DNA of 64,000 nucleotides from Paraspadella gotoi (taxonomy: Eukaryota; Animalia; Chaetognatha), in the NCBI GenBank assembly GCA_051294375.1, contig CM119264.1, positions 26,781,199 to 26,845,198 on the forward strand, given 5' to 3'. The notes below the pieces were generated by a model, which saw nothing but the letters and a program-made list of their open reading frames with translations, was not told the origin of the DNA and searched no databases. A program made the position numbers and the translations under genes. Below, piece by piece: positions 39,251 through 54,927 of this stretch (positions are counted from its first letter, which is position 1; every line of letters starts with the position of its first letter).

Positions 39251-42200
39251 GCGCGACACCTGCGGCACCCCTGGGACCCGGAAAATGTTTAATTTTTTTT
39301 CAACGTTCAGTAGGAGGTTCTTTCTCCCTTTTCTTTCATTTTTTTAATCAATTTTTTTTTCTCGTTTGTCACTTTTTCCTTTTCTCTTCTTTCGCTCACT
39401 CGTGTTTGTCTCCCATTTTTTGTTTCTTCTTTGAGTTTTATCTTCATTTTAAAAATGTTTTCTTTCTTTGGTGTTCTTTTGTTTTTTCTTCATTCGTCAC
39501 CAAATAGATGTCGTGCTCTTTTTTCCCGGACAAACTGACGCCGCAACGCAGAATAACGACGCCACAGTTGCGCAGACAGCAGCGACCACGCCGCCATCTC
39601 CTTTTCGCGTCAAACCCAACGCCCTCCAGTCGATTCTGGTGCTCCATTTCATGCTTTTCCCAAACCAACGTCGTCAACAGCAGTTCCTAAGTTTTTGGTC
39701 CAAATGAGTTTTCAATATTTCGACAGGCTCTCCTTTCCCTCGCCGGGCCTCTCACGTTGCAGGACGAAGTTGTCTTGGAGATAGAAGATCATTACACCAG
39801 CAGAGCAGAGCAGCGACCGCCGCTTCCGCTGCACCAGTCGGTAGAAGCGTCACCTTCTCCTTTAAGCTTAAACTGCGTCAAGAAGAATGAACGTCTCCAT
39901 TAATAAAAAATGATTATGAAATCTACGAACCACAATTACACAAATATCAGAATCACTTCATTTCCATCGCATGTTTTCGATGGCCCACCTTTTTCTCTCT
40001 TGAATCTCTTGTAAATACTCTCTTTTACTCCTTCTCTGTCTTTCTATCGCTTTCTCTTGTACAAATAGTCGCCATTTTCATATATACTCTTTCATTGATG
40101 CACCACTTTAACCTTAAAGGATGTTACGCACAAAATGCTATTGAGATCCTCTCATAGTTTATTAAATATGTATTCTGAATCATACATAGTTGATTAATAA
40201 TTCTCCAATTCAACTCTCGTTATATAATTTATAAATTATATTTTATATTTATTTTATTTATTTTATATTATATTTTTATTTGTTGCTGATCTATGCTACT
40301 GTATCATTATTGATATGAAATAAATTCTCTTCATAACGTATTATAAACAAGAAAAATTGGGAAAAAGCGAATTGAAGTCGATTCTGTTCCATTCCTACTT
40401 TCCGATTACTTTCCTTCCTTTTGATTCGATTACTTTTCGATTCTTCCGATTTCTGCTTTCGGATTCTTACTGACTCAACCGATTCTTCTTCTGTTCCTAG
40501 CGAAAATATCTTCCCGCCCGTCGCCGATCATATTATTCCCATTATCCACATTATCCTTTAAAAATTTCCAGCCTCCTTCTGCCCATCCAATCAAGGCTCA
40601 CGGGATTTTCGCTTCCCGCGATTTCCACGTGAACCTCTCTCACCCTCCTCAACCTCCCACCTCACCCCCTCTCGACCTCCTCGCGGACTCGGTCCTACCG
40701 ACGAGACCCTCACATCAACACCTCGATCCTCAATGCCAGTACAGTCGCGATATATCCACTTTACATACGACACTTCCTAAACATCAATGTACTCTTGTTT
40801 TATTCTTATTCCCCTCTTACTCTCTCTCCTCTCGTCTCGTCTCTTCTTCTCATCTCTCTTCTCGCTCCTTCCTCTCAAGTCTCTCTTCATACCTTCCCTT
40901 CCCAAGCATCCTCTCTCTCCCTTTCTCTTCCACCTCTTTTTCCACCGTTTGATTCACCAGCACAAAATCTCTTCCATCCACTTGACGGTACATCTGATAA
41001 GCAGTCTTCTCTCACTTCCCTTCCTCTTGACTGGAGGGAGCGAAACAGGGAGGCTTTTAAAAGCGTCATAGGAGGAGTGAAGAGATAGGAAAGAGGAGGA
41101 GGAAGTGAGGAAGGAAGGAGGAGAAGAAAAGAGGAAAGAAGAGGAAGAGATAAGAGCCAGGCCACAATGAAATTTATAGCAGATATTATTTTTTTATTTC
41201 GCGTGGGCTTAGTTTATCGGTTAGAGCGACTTTTGACAGTCTAGGAGTCTCTCAACGTCATTCTTTCCCAGTCGGGTCTTCCGTCTGTCTGTTCCGTGAG
41301 CTGCCATCCGTCTGTCTCTGTTTAATCGACTTTTTTCTCGTTACGTTTCAAACCAGTGTGAAGAGGCTGAACCAAAGATAAAAGGTCGGGAGATCCAGAG
41401 TTGAATTCGTTGTCTTGGGATAAGAAAATGTAACATCGACTGTTTCGCAGGATCATAAGCAGAGAGAGAGAGAGAGAGAGAGAGAAGAGAGAATAGTTCT
41501 TTCCAATCTAAGCCCGCTTCCATTTCCCTTGTTTCCTCCCACTTCTCTTTCTAGATTTCCTCCAATATTCCTTTTTAAACGTTCTCCTGTTATCCCTCAC
41601 TGCGCGCTCTCCCCCGCCCTTGTCAGGAAGGGCAGTGTTTTTGTTTTCCACGTCAATTTTTGCTGTTAAAGAGAAAATAATGAATAATAATTTTCCTTAA
41701 AGTAGGTTTAAATATGTATTAAATACTAATAGCTTACGTTAAGTATAGGCTAAAAAACGATCAAACCAATAAAAATATTAAATTCGTAAATTATATAATA
41801 ACGCATTCGGTGATCTTGGCAAGTGCCCGTTAGTATGAAATTGGTTTAGCAACCAAGATATTATTAATGATTCATTCATTCATAAGAAATCATCCACCCC
41901 TCTAAATTTATGGACAGGGCTATCAGGTTTGAAATCTCTCTGTTTGCTTCAACCATCCAAATTTTCGTGATAGTCGTTAAATTATTTTATTCTACCAAAA
42001 CTACCCGGGTCCTTATCCCAACGATTTCCATCTAATCTTCGCTTGGACTCGTTACGCAACAAATGCCCGTCACCGAAAGCGGCGCGTGCACGGCGTAGGC
42101 ACAGAGCGCCACGGTCACGGGCGGCCTCCCCCGACGAGTCTCCGGCGCCAGGCGACGCAGAGGAGCACCGATGAGGCGCCCGAGGAGAACTCGCTTCGAC

Positions 42201-45200
42201 AATTTTGGCGGCGCGAGAGGTCCGCGCGCAGGATAGGCGTGGGCATCGGCAGCGTTAGGTTATGCGTCGGCAAAGCGAGTCAGGCAGCGTCGGAGCGTCC
42301 ACGAGTCGAGGCTGTGGAGCGATTTCTACTGCCGCGTTCTTGCTTTGGGGAAACTTACGCCGATCGCGAGAGGCGCGGGAAGGTCCATTTGTTAAAGCGT
42401 CGCCGGGAGAGCAGAGAGAGAGAGAAGAGAGAGATATAGAGGGAGAGGAGAGAGAGAGAGAGAGCAGAAGAATAAGAGAGGAGAGGAGAGAGGAGGAGAA
42501 TATTAGAGGGGATGAGAGAAAGAGAGACGATAGAGAGAGAGCAGGAGAGAGAGAGAGGAGAGAGAGAGAAGAGAGAGATAGAGAGAGAGGAGAGAGAAGA
42601 GAGGAGAAAGAGAGAGAGATATAAGGGGAGAGAGAGAAGAGAGAGGCTAGAGGAGGAGAGGAGGAGGAGGAAGGAGAGAGAGGATAATAACGAGGGAGAG
42701 AGGAAAGAGAGAAGTTAGCGGATAGAGGAGAGAGAGAGAGAGAGAGGGAAGAGGGAGAGAGAAAGAGAGAAGATAGGATGAGAGAGAGAGAGGCAATGAA
42801 AGGGAGGCGAGAGAAGAGAGAGAGAGAGGGAGACATGAAAGAATGGAAAGAGGGTGGGAGGGATTTTGGAAGTATTAGAGAAATAAGTTGAGGAGAAAGT
42901 GAAAAAATTGCGGGAGTAATACAGTTAAAATAAAGATAGAAAGAACAACCCACCAACGAAAGAAGGAACACAACACTTTGATTAAATATGATATCGATTA
43001 GTTTTCCTTTTTTTTTTTTTTTTTTTTTCTTAAAATTTTTCTAAAAAAAAATTCCCCAAAATTTTCTCCATTTGCAAAAACTGCAAAACGCCGCATTTTT
43101 ATAAGGGGATCAAAGCTTTTCAAACAATTTTCCCTTTTCTTTCCATAAAACATCGATCAAAAACTTATGTTNNNNNNNNNNNNNNNNNNNNNNNNNNNNN
43201 NNNNNNNNNNNNNNNNNNNNNNNNNNNNNNNNNNNNNNNNNNNNNNNNNNNNNNNNNNNNNNNNNNNNNNNTCTTCACCAAACTGATTGTAATTTGTTTC
43301 AGAGAAGGAGGAGGAAGAGGAGAAAGGCTGAGAAAAAGTGAAAAAAATTTTTTCGAAAAGAATAAACTTTTCCTGCGAGGGGAAAAAAAGCACGATTGTG
43401 TAACTGTTATTCTTAGTTCATTTCATACTTCAAAAAAATTACGGTAGACACAGCGGAGCAGCAGCAGGGTAGCAACGCCCAGCAGCGCAGATTTTATACC
43501 TACCGCAGGCCACAGCAGCCTCCGAACCCGCCGCAGCATTCTCTGCACCCGCCGCGTCCTCGTCGCTTCGCATTCGACAAAAAGCGTAAAAAAAAAAAAA
43601 AAAAAAGAAAATAAGCGAAACTCGCGACGCCAAATGTTTACGCGACAAAAAAAAAAAAAAGAAGAAAAAGGAGATATTTATGTCGAAGGTTTCTCTCGAA
43701 AATGCTTTTGGTAATATAAGCCTACAAAAACACTTTTCTGCCGTTTATGTTGCTGACGCACCCTCGGTAGCCTCCCCTCCACCCATAGGCCTTAGCGCTT
43801 TGCCTTCAACAGCCCGAGCCATACTCTCTACCCCCTGTCCCCCCACCCGAACACCCCGGGGTCGTTCGTCCGTGAAATTCCGCGATGGCGTCGGCGTAGC
43901 GTGAATGGAAATGTTTTTCTGTCCCCGACGACATCGTCGTCATCATCAGTGTCGTCGTTGTTGTTGTCGTTGTTGTTGTTGTCCTCGTCGTTTCCGCTTT
44001 TAATTTCCTCGTCATCGTTGGCATCGCACTTTGAGATTTCGTCATGGTTGTCATTTGCGCATCCAATGGATTTTCGCTTCGTCGTTTTTTTGTTTCTCCT
44101 CATTGTCATCAGCTTCGTTGTCATTTACTTTGCATCGACGTCGTCGGTGTCGTCGTCGTCATCGTCGTCGTCAGACTCGGTTTGTCGGATCGGAAAAGGG
44201 AGCGGCTTTTTATCGAATGAATAAATTAAATGACAAATCGAGATGAAGTTTGACATAAAAATACGCGTTTGCTCGATGTTTGTTTAACGTGTGGAAAATT
44301 ATGTAAAACATTGACGCTTTGACACGTGAAAGGAATGAAGGCTGTTCTAAATAGAAAATCAACTATTCTACTTAATAAATCTAAATCTAAATCTAAATCA
44401 ACTAAATCTACTAATCTCGCTTATGCAACTAAATAAATCCTTATTAATGGACTAAAATTGAAACCGAATATATATATATCAAAAATGGATATATTGAATT
44501 CCGATAATTAAATCGTTGCAAACGTTACCTAATTTTAACTCAACTCGTCACAACGCAACTTTCACTACTCAAGCAAAACTGACTCGGCGTTTCGGCGTTT
44601 CTAGAAGTGGCGCGTGGTGTGGTGATAGAGATGGCTTCATGGCACTCTGAGATACTCGACGTTCGCTGTCAGAGATGGCAAAATATGGCGCTGAGGGATA
44701 CCACTTTCACAATCGAGATGGCGTACGCGGACTCGCTCCGGCTGACATCGTCGAAAAGAAATTCTTTACGCCCCAAAAAAAAAAACCGTTTAAACGTTGA
44801 AAAAAAAAACAAAAGATCTCGCGACTCGTAAACATAACGCCATCTTTGAAAGAAAAGAGCGCGGGTTGCGGAAGAAAACGCGATTAAAAACAAAAGCCTC
44901 GATTGAGAACAGATATGAGGGAAAGGAAGCGGGAAGAGAGCTTTGCCTTTTGCAATTAAAACTCAAGAAATGGACCATAAAGATGGGAAAGAGTGGCTGA
45001 GAGTAGTAGTATTGTACCGCGGTGTACATATATTTTTAGTCTCTTTATGCCAGTTGGTATTTAGTTGCGCCGCGAGTACTCGCGGAGCAACTTTTCGGTC
45101 GGTCTGTCGGTCGGTCGGTATGTCTGTCCGTCGGTCTTTCCCACTTACGTTAAAAATGCATATAATTTGCCTATAGTTAGTTTGTCATTTGATAAGACAG

Positions 45201-48043
45201 AAAAAACCTCAAATCTGACGGACTGCTAGCGCCGCCTTCAGGAATTCCTAAAACTATAAGGAATGAAAGACGGCATTTTGATACAGTGCATGTCATAAAT
45301 ACATGGGAGAAGAAAGTTTTTTAGACATGTCATGTCATAGCATATGATCAAAGGAAAATACACATGAAAATAAAGTCACTTCGGAGCAACACATTGGAAT
45401 TACCGATCTTATTTTCTTTTCATCTTTAAATTTCATTTTTGTCTTTTCTTTTAAATTTTTTTTCCTATTTTTTCCTTCCTATTTCTTTCCTCCATTCCTC
45501 TTTCCTCTATTCCTCTTTCCCCTATTCCTCTTTCCTCCATTCCTCTTTCCTCCATTCCTCTTTCCTCCCTTTTCCTCTCCTTCTTTTTCCTCGATTTAGG
45601 ACGAGATTTTATCGAGCGAGAAAACAAAATTCGACCCTTTTTTTTCCTTTTTTTTTCTTCAAAACGCGTGTTTTGAATATTTTTTATGTTTTTTAAGAGG
45701 AAATAATATTAAGGGGTTTTCTCGCCCTTTTTTTTACGAAAAAAAGGGGAAAACGTTATTAAGGCTTTTTTATTTCCTTTCTTTTTAAAAATGTTTTTTT
45801 TGTTGTAATTTTCGTAATCGATTTGAAGGCAACAAAAATGCCAACAAAGATGAAGAATTTTCGTTCGCCCCGGTGACCGTGTCGAAAGGGTGGAGGGAAG
45901 GATGGGCGGAGGAAAGTGGGGTGAAGAAAGGAAAGAAGGGAGATCGAGATAAGAATTGGGGTGAGTACTAAGTAGGGTGAATATCGGGGCTGTTGATAAA
46001 GGAAAAGAAGTAAAGAAAAATATAGGCATGTGGTCTACGAAAAGCCTTTTGTCAAGAAATGAACCGAATCTCCTGATTATTCAATATGAATGGTAAATTT
46101 TTTATACTTTGTAAACTATATCACAAAGAGTGCCGACAATGCGTGTAATAAAACGATTCCCTTAATAAATTTAATACAGTAAGATAGTTTTTTAAAGCAA
46201 TTTTTATCTTTCAAAAATCTTTGTCCATTTTTGTCCATTTCCAGTTTTGGCACTCTAACTTTCAAGGTGAAGATCAAAAAGAGAAAAAAATTTACTTCGC
46301 TTTTGGGTTCGCCTTCATGTTCTTTCTACTGGGGTAAAAGCATTTTTGTTAATGATTCACCGTTTGTCTGCAATGAATTTATTAAAGGGTTAGTCTAAAA
46401 ATGGTATTTTTTCATTTACATCATTTTAAACTAACTGAACATTTTTTAAAATTAATTGAAACTAATGCAAATATTCCCCATGAATGATAAGCTAATTAAT
46501 ATCTGTAAATATAAAGAACAATAAAAGCTTATCATGCCGTTTTCTTAAAAAAAAATTTTTAAGATGTCTTTGAAATTTGTGATTTTTTTGTGATTGTAGT
46601 TTATTTTTCATTTCGACTTTAGGTTTATTTGTTTTTATAGTTTTTATAAGTGTGGACTAGGTATTATTCTTGATAAATCTTAAAAAACCGCATCAATTTT
46701 GCGTTATCTTAAAGCATCAGGACTAAATTGTTTAATCATTTTTTCCGCCGTGTCGGGACACAATTTTTGCGGAAAATTTTTCCGCAAAATCTGTCGACTT
46801 TACTAAATCTGCTAAGCACCAAAATCGAAAAAAAAAGTGCGAGTTAACCGATTATTTGGAGCATAAATAAAGAAATATTATTTTAAAAAAAGTTGGATTT
46901 AGATACCTCAATACTAGTAATAACATATATCTAGTATGAAATTGGTATAGTATATAACACTTAAGCGAGTATACAAACGCATTAATGTGGATAAGATTGG
47001 CGGGCAAACGTGGCAAAGCAAGGATGCGGCGCCGGGCACGGCGCGACTCTTTACGTCGCGACGGCGCCGATCATCGAGCGAAACAGGGTAGAGAAAATGG
47101 AGAAGTTTTGACCAGGGGTAAAGAACGGCGCCGGTGGCGAAGGAAAGGGCAGTGCAAGTATAGGGTAAGGGGATAAATCGGCCGGGATAAGAAAAAGGAA
47201 ATTTTGCAGCTCAAAACTAATTTGGGGAAGAGGAATCCCTGGTCTTTAACGAGGTTATTAAAAGAAAAGAAGAGGAAACAAAATCTGATTTTAATTCGCG
47301 TAGTAAAATTAGAAAAAATTAAAAATTCATTCAAAGGCTGAGGTGAGTTACAGTCGGAGTTAAATCGCAAAAGATCTTTTTTAATTTGTTTTTACGTTTT
47401 GGAAAACTTTGGTGGGGTGAAAATCTTTTTGCAGAAACGAAGATGAGACGAAAGCAGAAATATAAGGTTTTCCTAGAGCGAAAAAAAAACCATTAAAATA
47501 AAAATTAATTCCCGATTAATTATGATAATTTGGTTGCCTCTTTTTTGTACCGTTGAGATATTTGAGATTTCTTGCTTGAAAATTGAATGAACTCGTCACG
47601 TGACTTTCAAAAGTCAGCGTCTTGTGTGTCGTGCACTGGATTAGCGAATTTCATCGCGACATTCGGGTGGACGAATGATAACAACAAAAAAAACTTCGAT
47701 AAAAGCGAAACTCGTCTCAAATTTCGTTATTCGCGATATGTTTTACGTAGTTAAATATCGCTTTATAAGATTTCGATAATTGGATTTGTCGCCGGAGCAA
47801 GTGACGTCAGCCAATATGAGCGTCGCAAAAAAATATAAGTCCACGAAACTTATTATTGGACTGAAACGACTATAATTCGTATATATATATCGTTCGTGAA
47901 TGCTCGCGCATTTCGGACAAAACTGATCCAATTATGAAAGGACATAGCTCCATTTCATTAGTTTAATCAAGGTCACAACTGCTTTATTTCCCTTTATATA
48001 ACCCTACGCCTCCCATAAACCGAAAAGCCACTTACTTACTCAC

Positions 48044-51000
48044 CGGAATATCTTCTCCCTCTTCCTCCTCCTCCTCTTCCTCCTCTTCCTCCTCCTCAGC
48101 CAGTCCGACCACGCGCTTCGAAAGGAAATAAAAACAGGATGACCTTACCTAATCTCCCTTACCTTAATCTCTCGCCCTCCTCACTCACCTATTCTCTCTT
48201 TCCTTTCTCTCTCTCTCTCCCTTACCCGCGCCCCCGCGTTTTTCAGGTGAGTTCCGCCGAATCGTCAAACGCAGAAGAGAGAAAAGACCGAACAGGATTT
48301 TTTTTTGTTTAAACGCGAACAAAATTGTAATTAATAACATTAAAGTAAGTTAATACTCAAATCAATTTTACAGAATACGTCAAAATCAATTTTACTATTA
48401 AACTAAACTAACAAACTAATGCATAACTTCGCGAAAGAAAGAAACGAATGTCGATTTTATTCGACGACAAAAATAAACAAACGTAAACAAACTTGCGTCA
48501 ATCGGCGTCGATTAAGAAGCCACGCCCCCTGGCGCTCCTCGCTCCACCGGAAGAAGCGCGCGCGTAACTTAGGGGTTTCTCACCCCGGGCGCCACGGATC
48601 GCGTCGTGCATAGAAATGGCGACGGAAGAGGGCGTGGCACTTCCGGTTCACGCGACCGAAGGATTTGGAATCAGGAGCCCCAGACGAAGTCGTGTCTCTG
48701 CGACGTTGTCGTCGTCGTCGTCGTCGTCATAACAAAAAGCCCTCGTTACGAACTGCTGAACAGTCAGGATCAAAACACTTGTATCTAAAATTATGATTCT
48801 CTCTCTATCTCTCTCTCTCTCTGTTTCTCAAAACCTCTCACGCTCTGTCTCTCTCTTCTCTCGCTCCCCTCCAGAGATTAACACGCGGCGCTCATTCTGC
48901 CGATCGCGCGCCACGAAATCGACACCCGGCTCTCTCGTCTCTCTCTGCTCTCCTTCTTCTCTCTCATCTCGTCCTCTCTCTCATCTCAATTTCTCTCGTG
49001 CTGTCTTCTCTCTCTCTCTCGTCCATTCCTCTCTCTCTCCATCAGACTCTCTCTTGTTCCTCTCACCTCTCTACTCTCTCTCTCGTCTCTCTCTCTTTCT
49101 CTCTCTATCGGCGCACCGAATCGACGCCGGTTCCCTTCCGATTCCACGGACGACGTCGAAACAATTAAGGCGTCAATTGTAGTATCCGGGAAAAGAATGG
49201 AAATTTAACACGACTCGCGAAAATGGTGACAATTTTCTGGGATGATTTTTCTCTCTCTCATCTCCTCGTCTCTCTCTCTCTTCTCTTCCTCTCTCCTCTC
49301 TCGTCCTCTCTCTCTCTCTCTCTCCTCTCTTTCCTCTCTCTCATCTCTCTCTCCTCTCTCCATCTTCTCTCTCTCTCTCTTCATCTCTCTCGGGGAACAC
49401 CTGGGACCCGGAAAAATGTTTAATTTTTTTTCAACGTTCAGTAGGAGGTTTTCTCCCCTTTCTTTCATTTTTTAATCCGCAATTTTTTTTTTCTCGTTTG
49501 TTCACTTTTTCCTTTTTCTCCTTCTTTCTTTCGCTCACTCGTGTTTGTCTCCCATTTTTTAGTTGTCTTCTTTGAGTTTTATCTTCATTTTAAAAAAAGT
49601 GTTTTCTTTCTTTGGTGTTCTTATTGTTTTTTATTTTTTCTCATTCGTCACCAAAATAGATGTCGTGCCTCTTTTTCCGCGGACAAACTGACGCCGCCAA
49701 CGCAGAATAACGACGCCACAGTGCCGCAGACACAGCAAGCGACCACGCCGGCCATGCTCCCTTTTTCGCGTCAAACCAACGCCCTCCAGTCGATTCTGGT
49801 GTGCTCCATTTTCATTGCTTGCCAAACTCAACGTCGACAACAGCAGTTACTAAATTTTGGTCCAAATGAGTTTTCAATATATTTCGAACAGGCTCTTCCT
49901 TTCCCCGCATCGCCGGGCGCCTCTTCAGGTTGCAGGAGCGAAGTTTGTCTTGGAGATAGAAGAATGTCAATTACACCAGCAGAGGCAGAGGCAGCGACCG
50001 GGGCCGGTTCGCATGCACGCCAGTCGGTAGAAGCGTCACCTTTTTTAAGGCTTAAAACTAGCGTCAAGAAAAATGAACGTCTCCAGTTAAAAAAAATGAA
50101 TTATGAAATCTACGACACACAATTACACAAACATATCAGAGATCACTTCATTCCATCGCAAGTGTTTCGATGCCCCCCTTTTTCTCTTTGAATCTCTTGT
50201 AAATACTTCTCTTTTACCTCCTTCTCTGTCTGTTCTACTCTGCTTTCTCTTGTACAAATAGTCGCGCAATTTTCATATATACTCTTTCTATTGATGCACC
50301 ACTTTACGCTACCTTTAAACGGATGTTACACGGGCCACAATGGCCTATTGAGATCCGTCTCAGTAGCTTTATTAAATTATTGTATTCGTGAATCATAGCA
50401 TGTCTGATTATAATTCAATTCTCTTACCAATCAAACTCTCAGCTTATACAATACATGTTATAAATAGTATATTTTTTATTTATTTTATTTATTTTATTTA
50501 CTATTTTTATTTGTTGCTCGATCTGATGCTAACTGTCATCATTATTGATATGAAACATAAAATTCTCATTACGGACATATATACCACAAATCATGGTGAT
50601 AAGAGCGAATTCGAGTCGATTCTCTTCCATTCTTTTCCGATTAGCTTCTCGCTTCTTTTTTGATGTTACGGATTTTTTGCGAATTTCTTTACCGATTCCT
50701 TTTACCGATTCTTCTGACTCAACCGATTCTTCTTCTTTCCAGCGAAATATCTTCCGCCGTCGCCGAATATATTATTCCCATTATCCCATAAAAATTTCCG
50801 CCTCCTTCTGCCCATCAATCAGGCCTCACGGGATTTCGCTTCCCCGATTTCCGTGAACCTCTCTCACCTCCTCACCCCCCTCACTCCCCTCACCTCTCAC
50901 CTCTCGCGACTCGGTCCTCACCGACGAGACTCACTCAACCTCGATCCAATGCTCACTCGCGATTTACTCACTTTACATACGACACTTACCTAAACAGTAA

Positions 51001-51051
51001 ACATACTTAATTCACCATTTTTATTTTAAGCAACTCTTGTTATTCTTATTC

Positions 51052-51105
<54 letters not shown>

Positions 51106-51561
51106 TCTCCCTTCTCTCCCTCTTTTCCACGTTGATTCCAGCACAAATACTCTTTCCATCCGAGCGACATCTGATAAGCAGTCTCTCTCTCTTCCCTTCC
51201 TCTTGACTGGAGGGAGCGAAACAGGGAAGGGCTTTTAAGCGTCATAGGAGGAGGAGGAGGAGGAGGAGGAGGAGGAGGAAGAAGAGGAAGAAGAGGAAGA
51301 GATAAGAGCCACAATGAAATTTAGCAGATCATTTTATATCGCGTGAGCGGTTAGTTATCGTTAAGAGCGACTTGACAGTCTAGTCATTCACTCTTCCAGT
51401 CGGTCCGTCTGTCTGTCCGTGAGCGCCTCCGTCTGTCTCTTCGACTCCGTTACGTTTCACCTGTGAAGAGGCCTGAAACAAAGATAAAAAAGGTCGGGAG
51501 ATCCAGAGTGAATTCGTTCTTGGATAAAATGATAACATCGACTGTTTACGAGGATCATAAA

Positions 51562-51597
<36 letters not shown>

Positions 51598-53111
51598 TTC
51601 CCTTCAATCTTAAGCCCTTCCATTTCCTTGTTCTCCCTTCTCTTCTGATTTCCTCCAATATTTCCTTTTACGTTCTCCTGTTATCCTCACTGCGCGCTCT
51701 CCCCCCCCCTTGTCAGGAAGGCAGTGTTTTGTTCCACGTCAATCTTGTGTTAAAGAGAAAAATAATGAATATAATTTTTCTTAAGTAGGTTTAAATATGT
51801 ATTAAATACATAATAAGCTACGTAAACGTAATAGGCTAACGACAACCAATAAAAATTTAAATTCGTAAATTATATAATAACGCATTCGTGATCTTGGCAA
51901 TGCCCGTTAGTATGAAATTGGTACAACCAAGATATTAAATGATTCATTCATTCAATAAGAAATCTCACCTCTAAATTTAGGACAGGCTATCAGGTTGAAA
52001 NNNNNNNNNNNNNNNNNNNNNNNNNNNNNNNNNNNNNNNNNNNNNNNNNNNNNNNNNNNNNNNNNNNNNNNNNNNNNNNNNNNNNNNNNNNNNNNNNNNN
52101 NNNNNNNNNNNNNNNNNNNNNNNNNNNNNNNNNNNNNNNNNNNNNNNNNNNNNNNNNNNNNNNNNNNNNNNNNNNNNNNNNNNNNNNNNNNNNNNNNNNN
52201 NNNNNNNNNAATGCCCGCTCAGGACAGTATGAAATTGGTACAACCAAGATATTAATGATTCATTCATTCAATAAGCAATCTCACCTCTAAATTTAGGACA
52301 GGCTATCAGGTTGAAATCTCTGTTGCCTTCACCCCAAAACTCCGTCCTAATCCAACGATTCCATCTAATCTTCGCTTGGACTCGTTACCGTCACCAAAGC
52401 GGCGCGGCACGGCGTAGCACAGAGCGCCACGGTACGGCGCCTCCCCCGACGAGTCTCCGGCGCCAGCGACGCAGAGGCGCCCGATGAGGCGCCCGAGAGA
52501 CTCGCTCGACAATTTGGCGGCCGCGAGAGGTCGCGCGCGGCGGCATCGGCAGCGTAGGTATGCGTCGGCAAGCGTCGGCAGCGTCGGCAGCGTCGGCACG
52601 AGTCGGCTGTAAAAGAGAGAGATGATATGAAAATAAAATTCCTCATACGTATTATAACAACAAAATTGGGGAAAAGCGAATTCGAGTCGATTCTTTCCAT
52701 TCTTCCGATTCTTCTCCTTCTTTTGATTCGATTCTTTTCGATTCTTCCGATTCTCTTTCGATTCTTCTGACTCAAACGATTCTTCTTCTTTCCAGCGAAA
52801 ATATCTTCCGCCGTCGCCGAATATATTATTCCACATTATCCCAATAAAAATTTCCGCCTCCTTCTGCCATCAATCAGGCCTCACGGGATTTCGCTTCCCC
52901 GATTTCCGTGAACCCTCTCTCACCTCCTCACCCCCCTCACATCCCTCACCTCTCACCTCTCGAGCGACTCGGTCCTCACCGACGAGACTCACTCAACCTC
53001 GATCACATGCTCACTCGCGATTTACTTCACTTTACATACGACACTTACCTAAACAGTAAACATACTTAATTCAACCATTTTTATTTTAAGCAACTCTTGT
53101 TATTCTTATTC

Positions 53112-53167
<56 letters not shown>

Positions 53168-54403
53168 CTCCCTCTCTCCTTCTCTCCCTCTTTTCCACGT
53201 TGATTCCAGCCACAAATACTCTTTCCATCCGAGCGACATCTGATAAAGCAGTCTCTCTCTCTTCCCTTCCTCTTGACTGGAGGGAGCGAAACAGGGAAGG
53301 GCTTTTAAGCGTCATAGGAGGAGGAGGAAGGAAGGAGGAGGAGGAGGAGGAAAGGAGGAAGGAGAAGAAGAGGAAGAGATAAGAGCACAATGAAATTTAG
53401 CAGATCATTTTATATCGCATGAGCGGTTAGTTATCGTTAAGAGCGACTTGGCAGTCTAGTCATTCACTCTTCCAGTCGGTCCGTCTGTCTGTCCGTGAGC
53501 GCCTCCGTCTGTCTCTTCGACTCCGTTACGTTTCACCTGTGAAGAGGCCTGAAACAAAGATAAAAAAGGTCGGGAGATCCAGAGTGAATTCGTTCTTGAT
53601 AAAAATGATAACATCGACTGTTTACGAGGATCATAAAGCAGAGAGAGAGAGAGAGAAGAGAGAGAGAGATAGTTCCCTTCAATCTTAAGCCCTTCCATTT
53701 CCTTTGTTCTCCTTTCTTCTGATTTCTCCAATATTTCCTTTTACGTTCTCCTGTTATCCTCACTGCGGCGCTCTCCGCCCCCCCTTGTCAGGAAGGCATG
53801 TGTTTGTTCCACGTCAATCTTGTGTTAAAGAGAAAAATAATGAATATATAATTTTCCTTAAGTAGGTTTAAATATGTATTAAAATACATAATAAGGCTAC
53901 GTAAAGTAATAGGCTAACGACAACCAATAAAAATTTAAAATTCGTAAATTATATAATAACGCATTCGTGATCTTGGCAATGCCCGTTAGTATGAAATTGG
54001 TACAACCAAGATATTAAATGATTCATTCATTTCAATAAGAAATCTCACCTCTAAATTTAGGACAGGCTATCAGGTTGAAATCTCTGTTGCCTTCACCCCA
54101 AAAATTCGGTGGTCTTAATCCAAAACTCGTCCTTTATCCAACGATTCCATCTAATCTTCGCTTGGACTCGTTACCGTCACCAAAGCGGCGCGGCACGCCG
54201 GCGTAGCACACAGAGCGCCACGGTACGGCGCCTCCCGCCGACGAGTCTCCGGCGCCAGCGACGCAGAGGCGCCCGATGAGGCCGCCCGAGAGACTCGCTC
54301 GACAAATTTGGCGGCCGCGAGAGGTTCGCGCGCGGCGGCATCGCGCCAGCGTAGGTATGCGTCGGCAAGCGTCGGCAGCGTCGGCAGCGTCGGCACGAGT
54401 CGG
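48044..54403 (-). CDS. Candidate multi-exon gene of unknown product (present in duplicated, error-rich copies)
   Basis: Phase-compatible exon candidates: 52606-52389 (RLVPTLPTLPTLADAYLR..LGRLIGRLCVAG..RRFGD; copy ~54403-54176), 51541-51461 (VDVIILSKNEFTLDLPTFFIFVSGLFT), 51206-51131 (VKRKGRERDCLSDVARMERVFVLES), then 39872-39756 in the other copy (LSLKEKVTLLPTGAAEAAVAALLCWCNDLLSPRQLRPA). An acidic exon 48115-48044 (RVVGLAE13GEDIP|gtgagt) does not join these directly. No homology recognised. Confidence 0.35.
51909..52000 (+). repeat. Diverged member of the same dispersed repeat as the TSSK inverted arms (also ~41832, ~52227, ~53988 in duplicates; partial - strand copy at ~60093-60122)
   Basis: Shares tatgaaattggtacaaccaa..attcatt..aataag..ggacaggct. 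Confidence 0.65.
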
Positions 54404-54495
54404 CTGTGAGCGATTTCTACGCGCGTCTTCGCTTTGGGGAAAAAACCTTCGCCGTCGCGAGAGGCGCGGGAGTCATTTGTTAAAGGCGTCGCCGG

Positions 54496-54927
<432 letters not shown>

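Noticed and set aside
46020-47990. Apparently unique sequence with small ORFs (e.g. 46985..47176)
   Set aside because: It is a very noisy, expanded copy of ~36300-37780.
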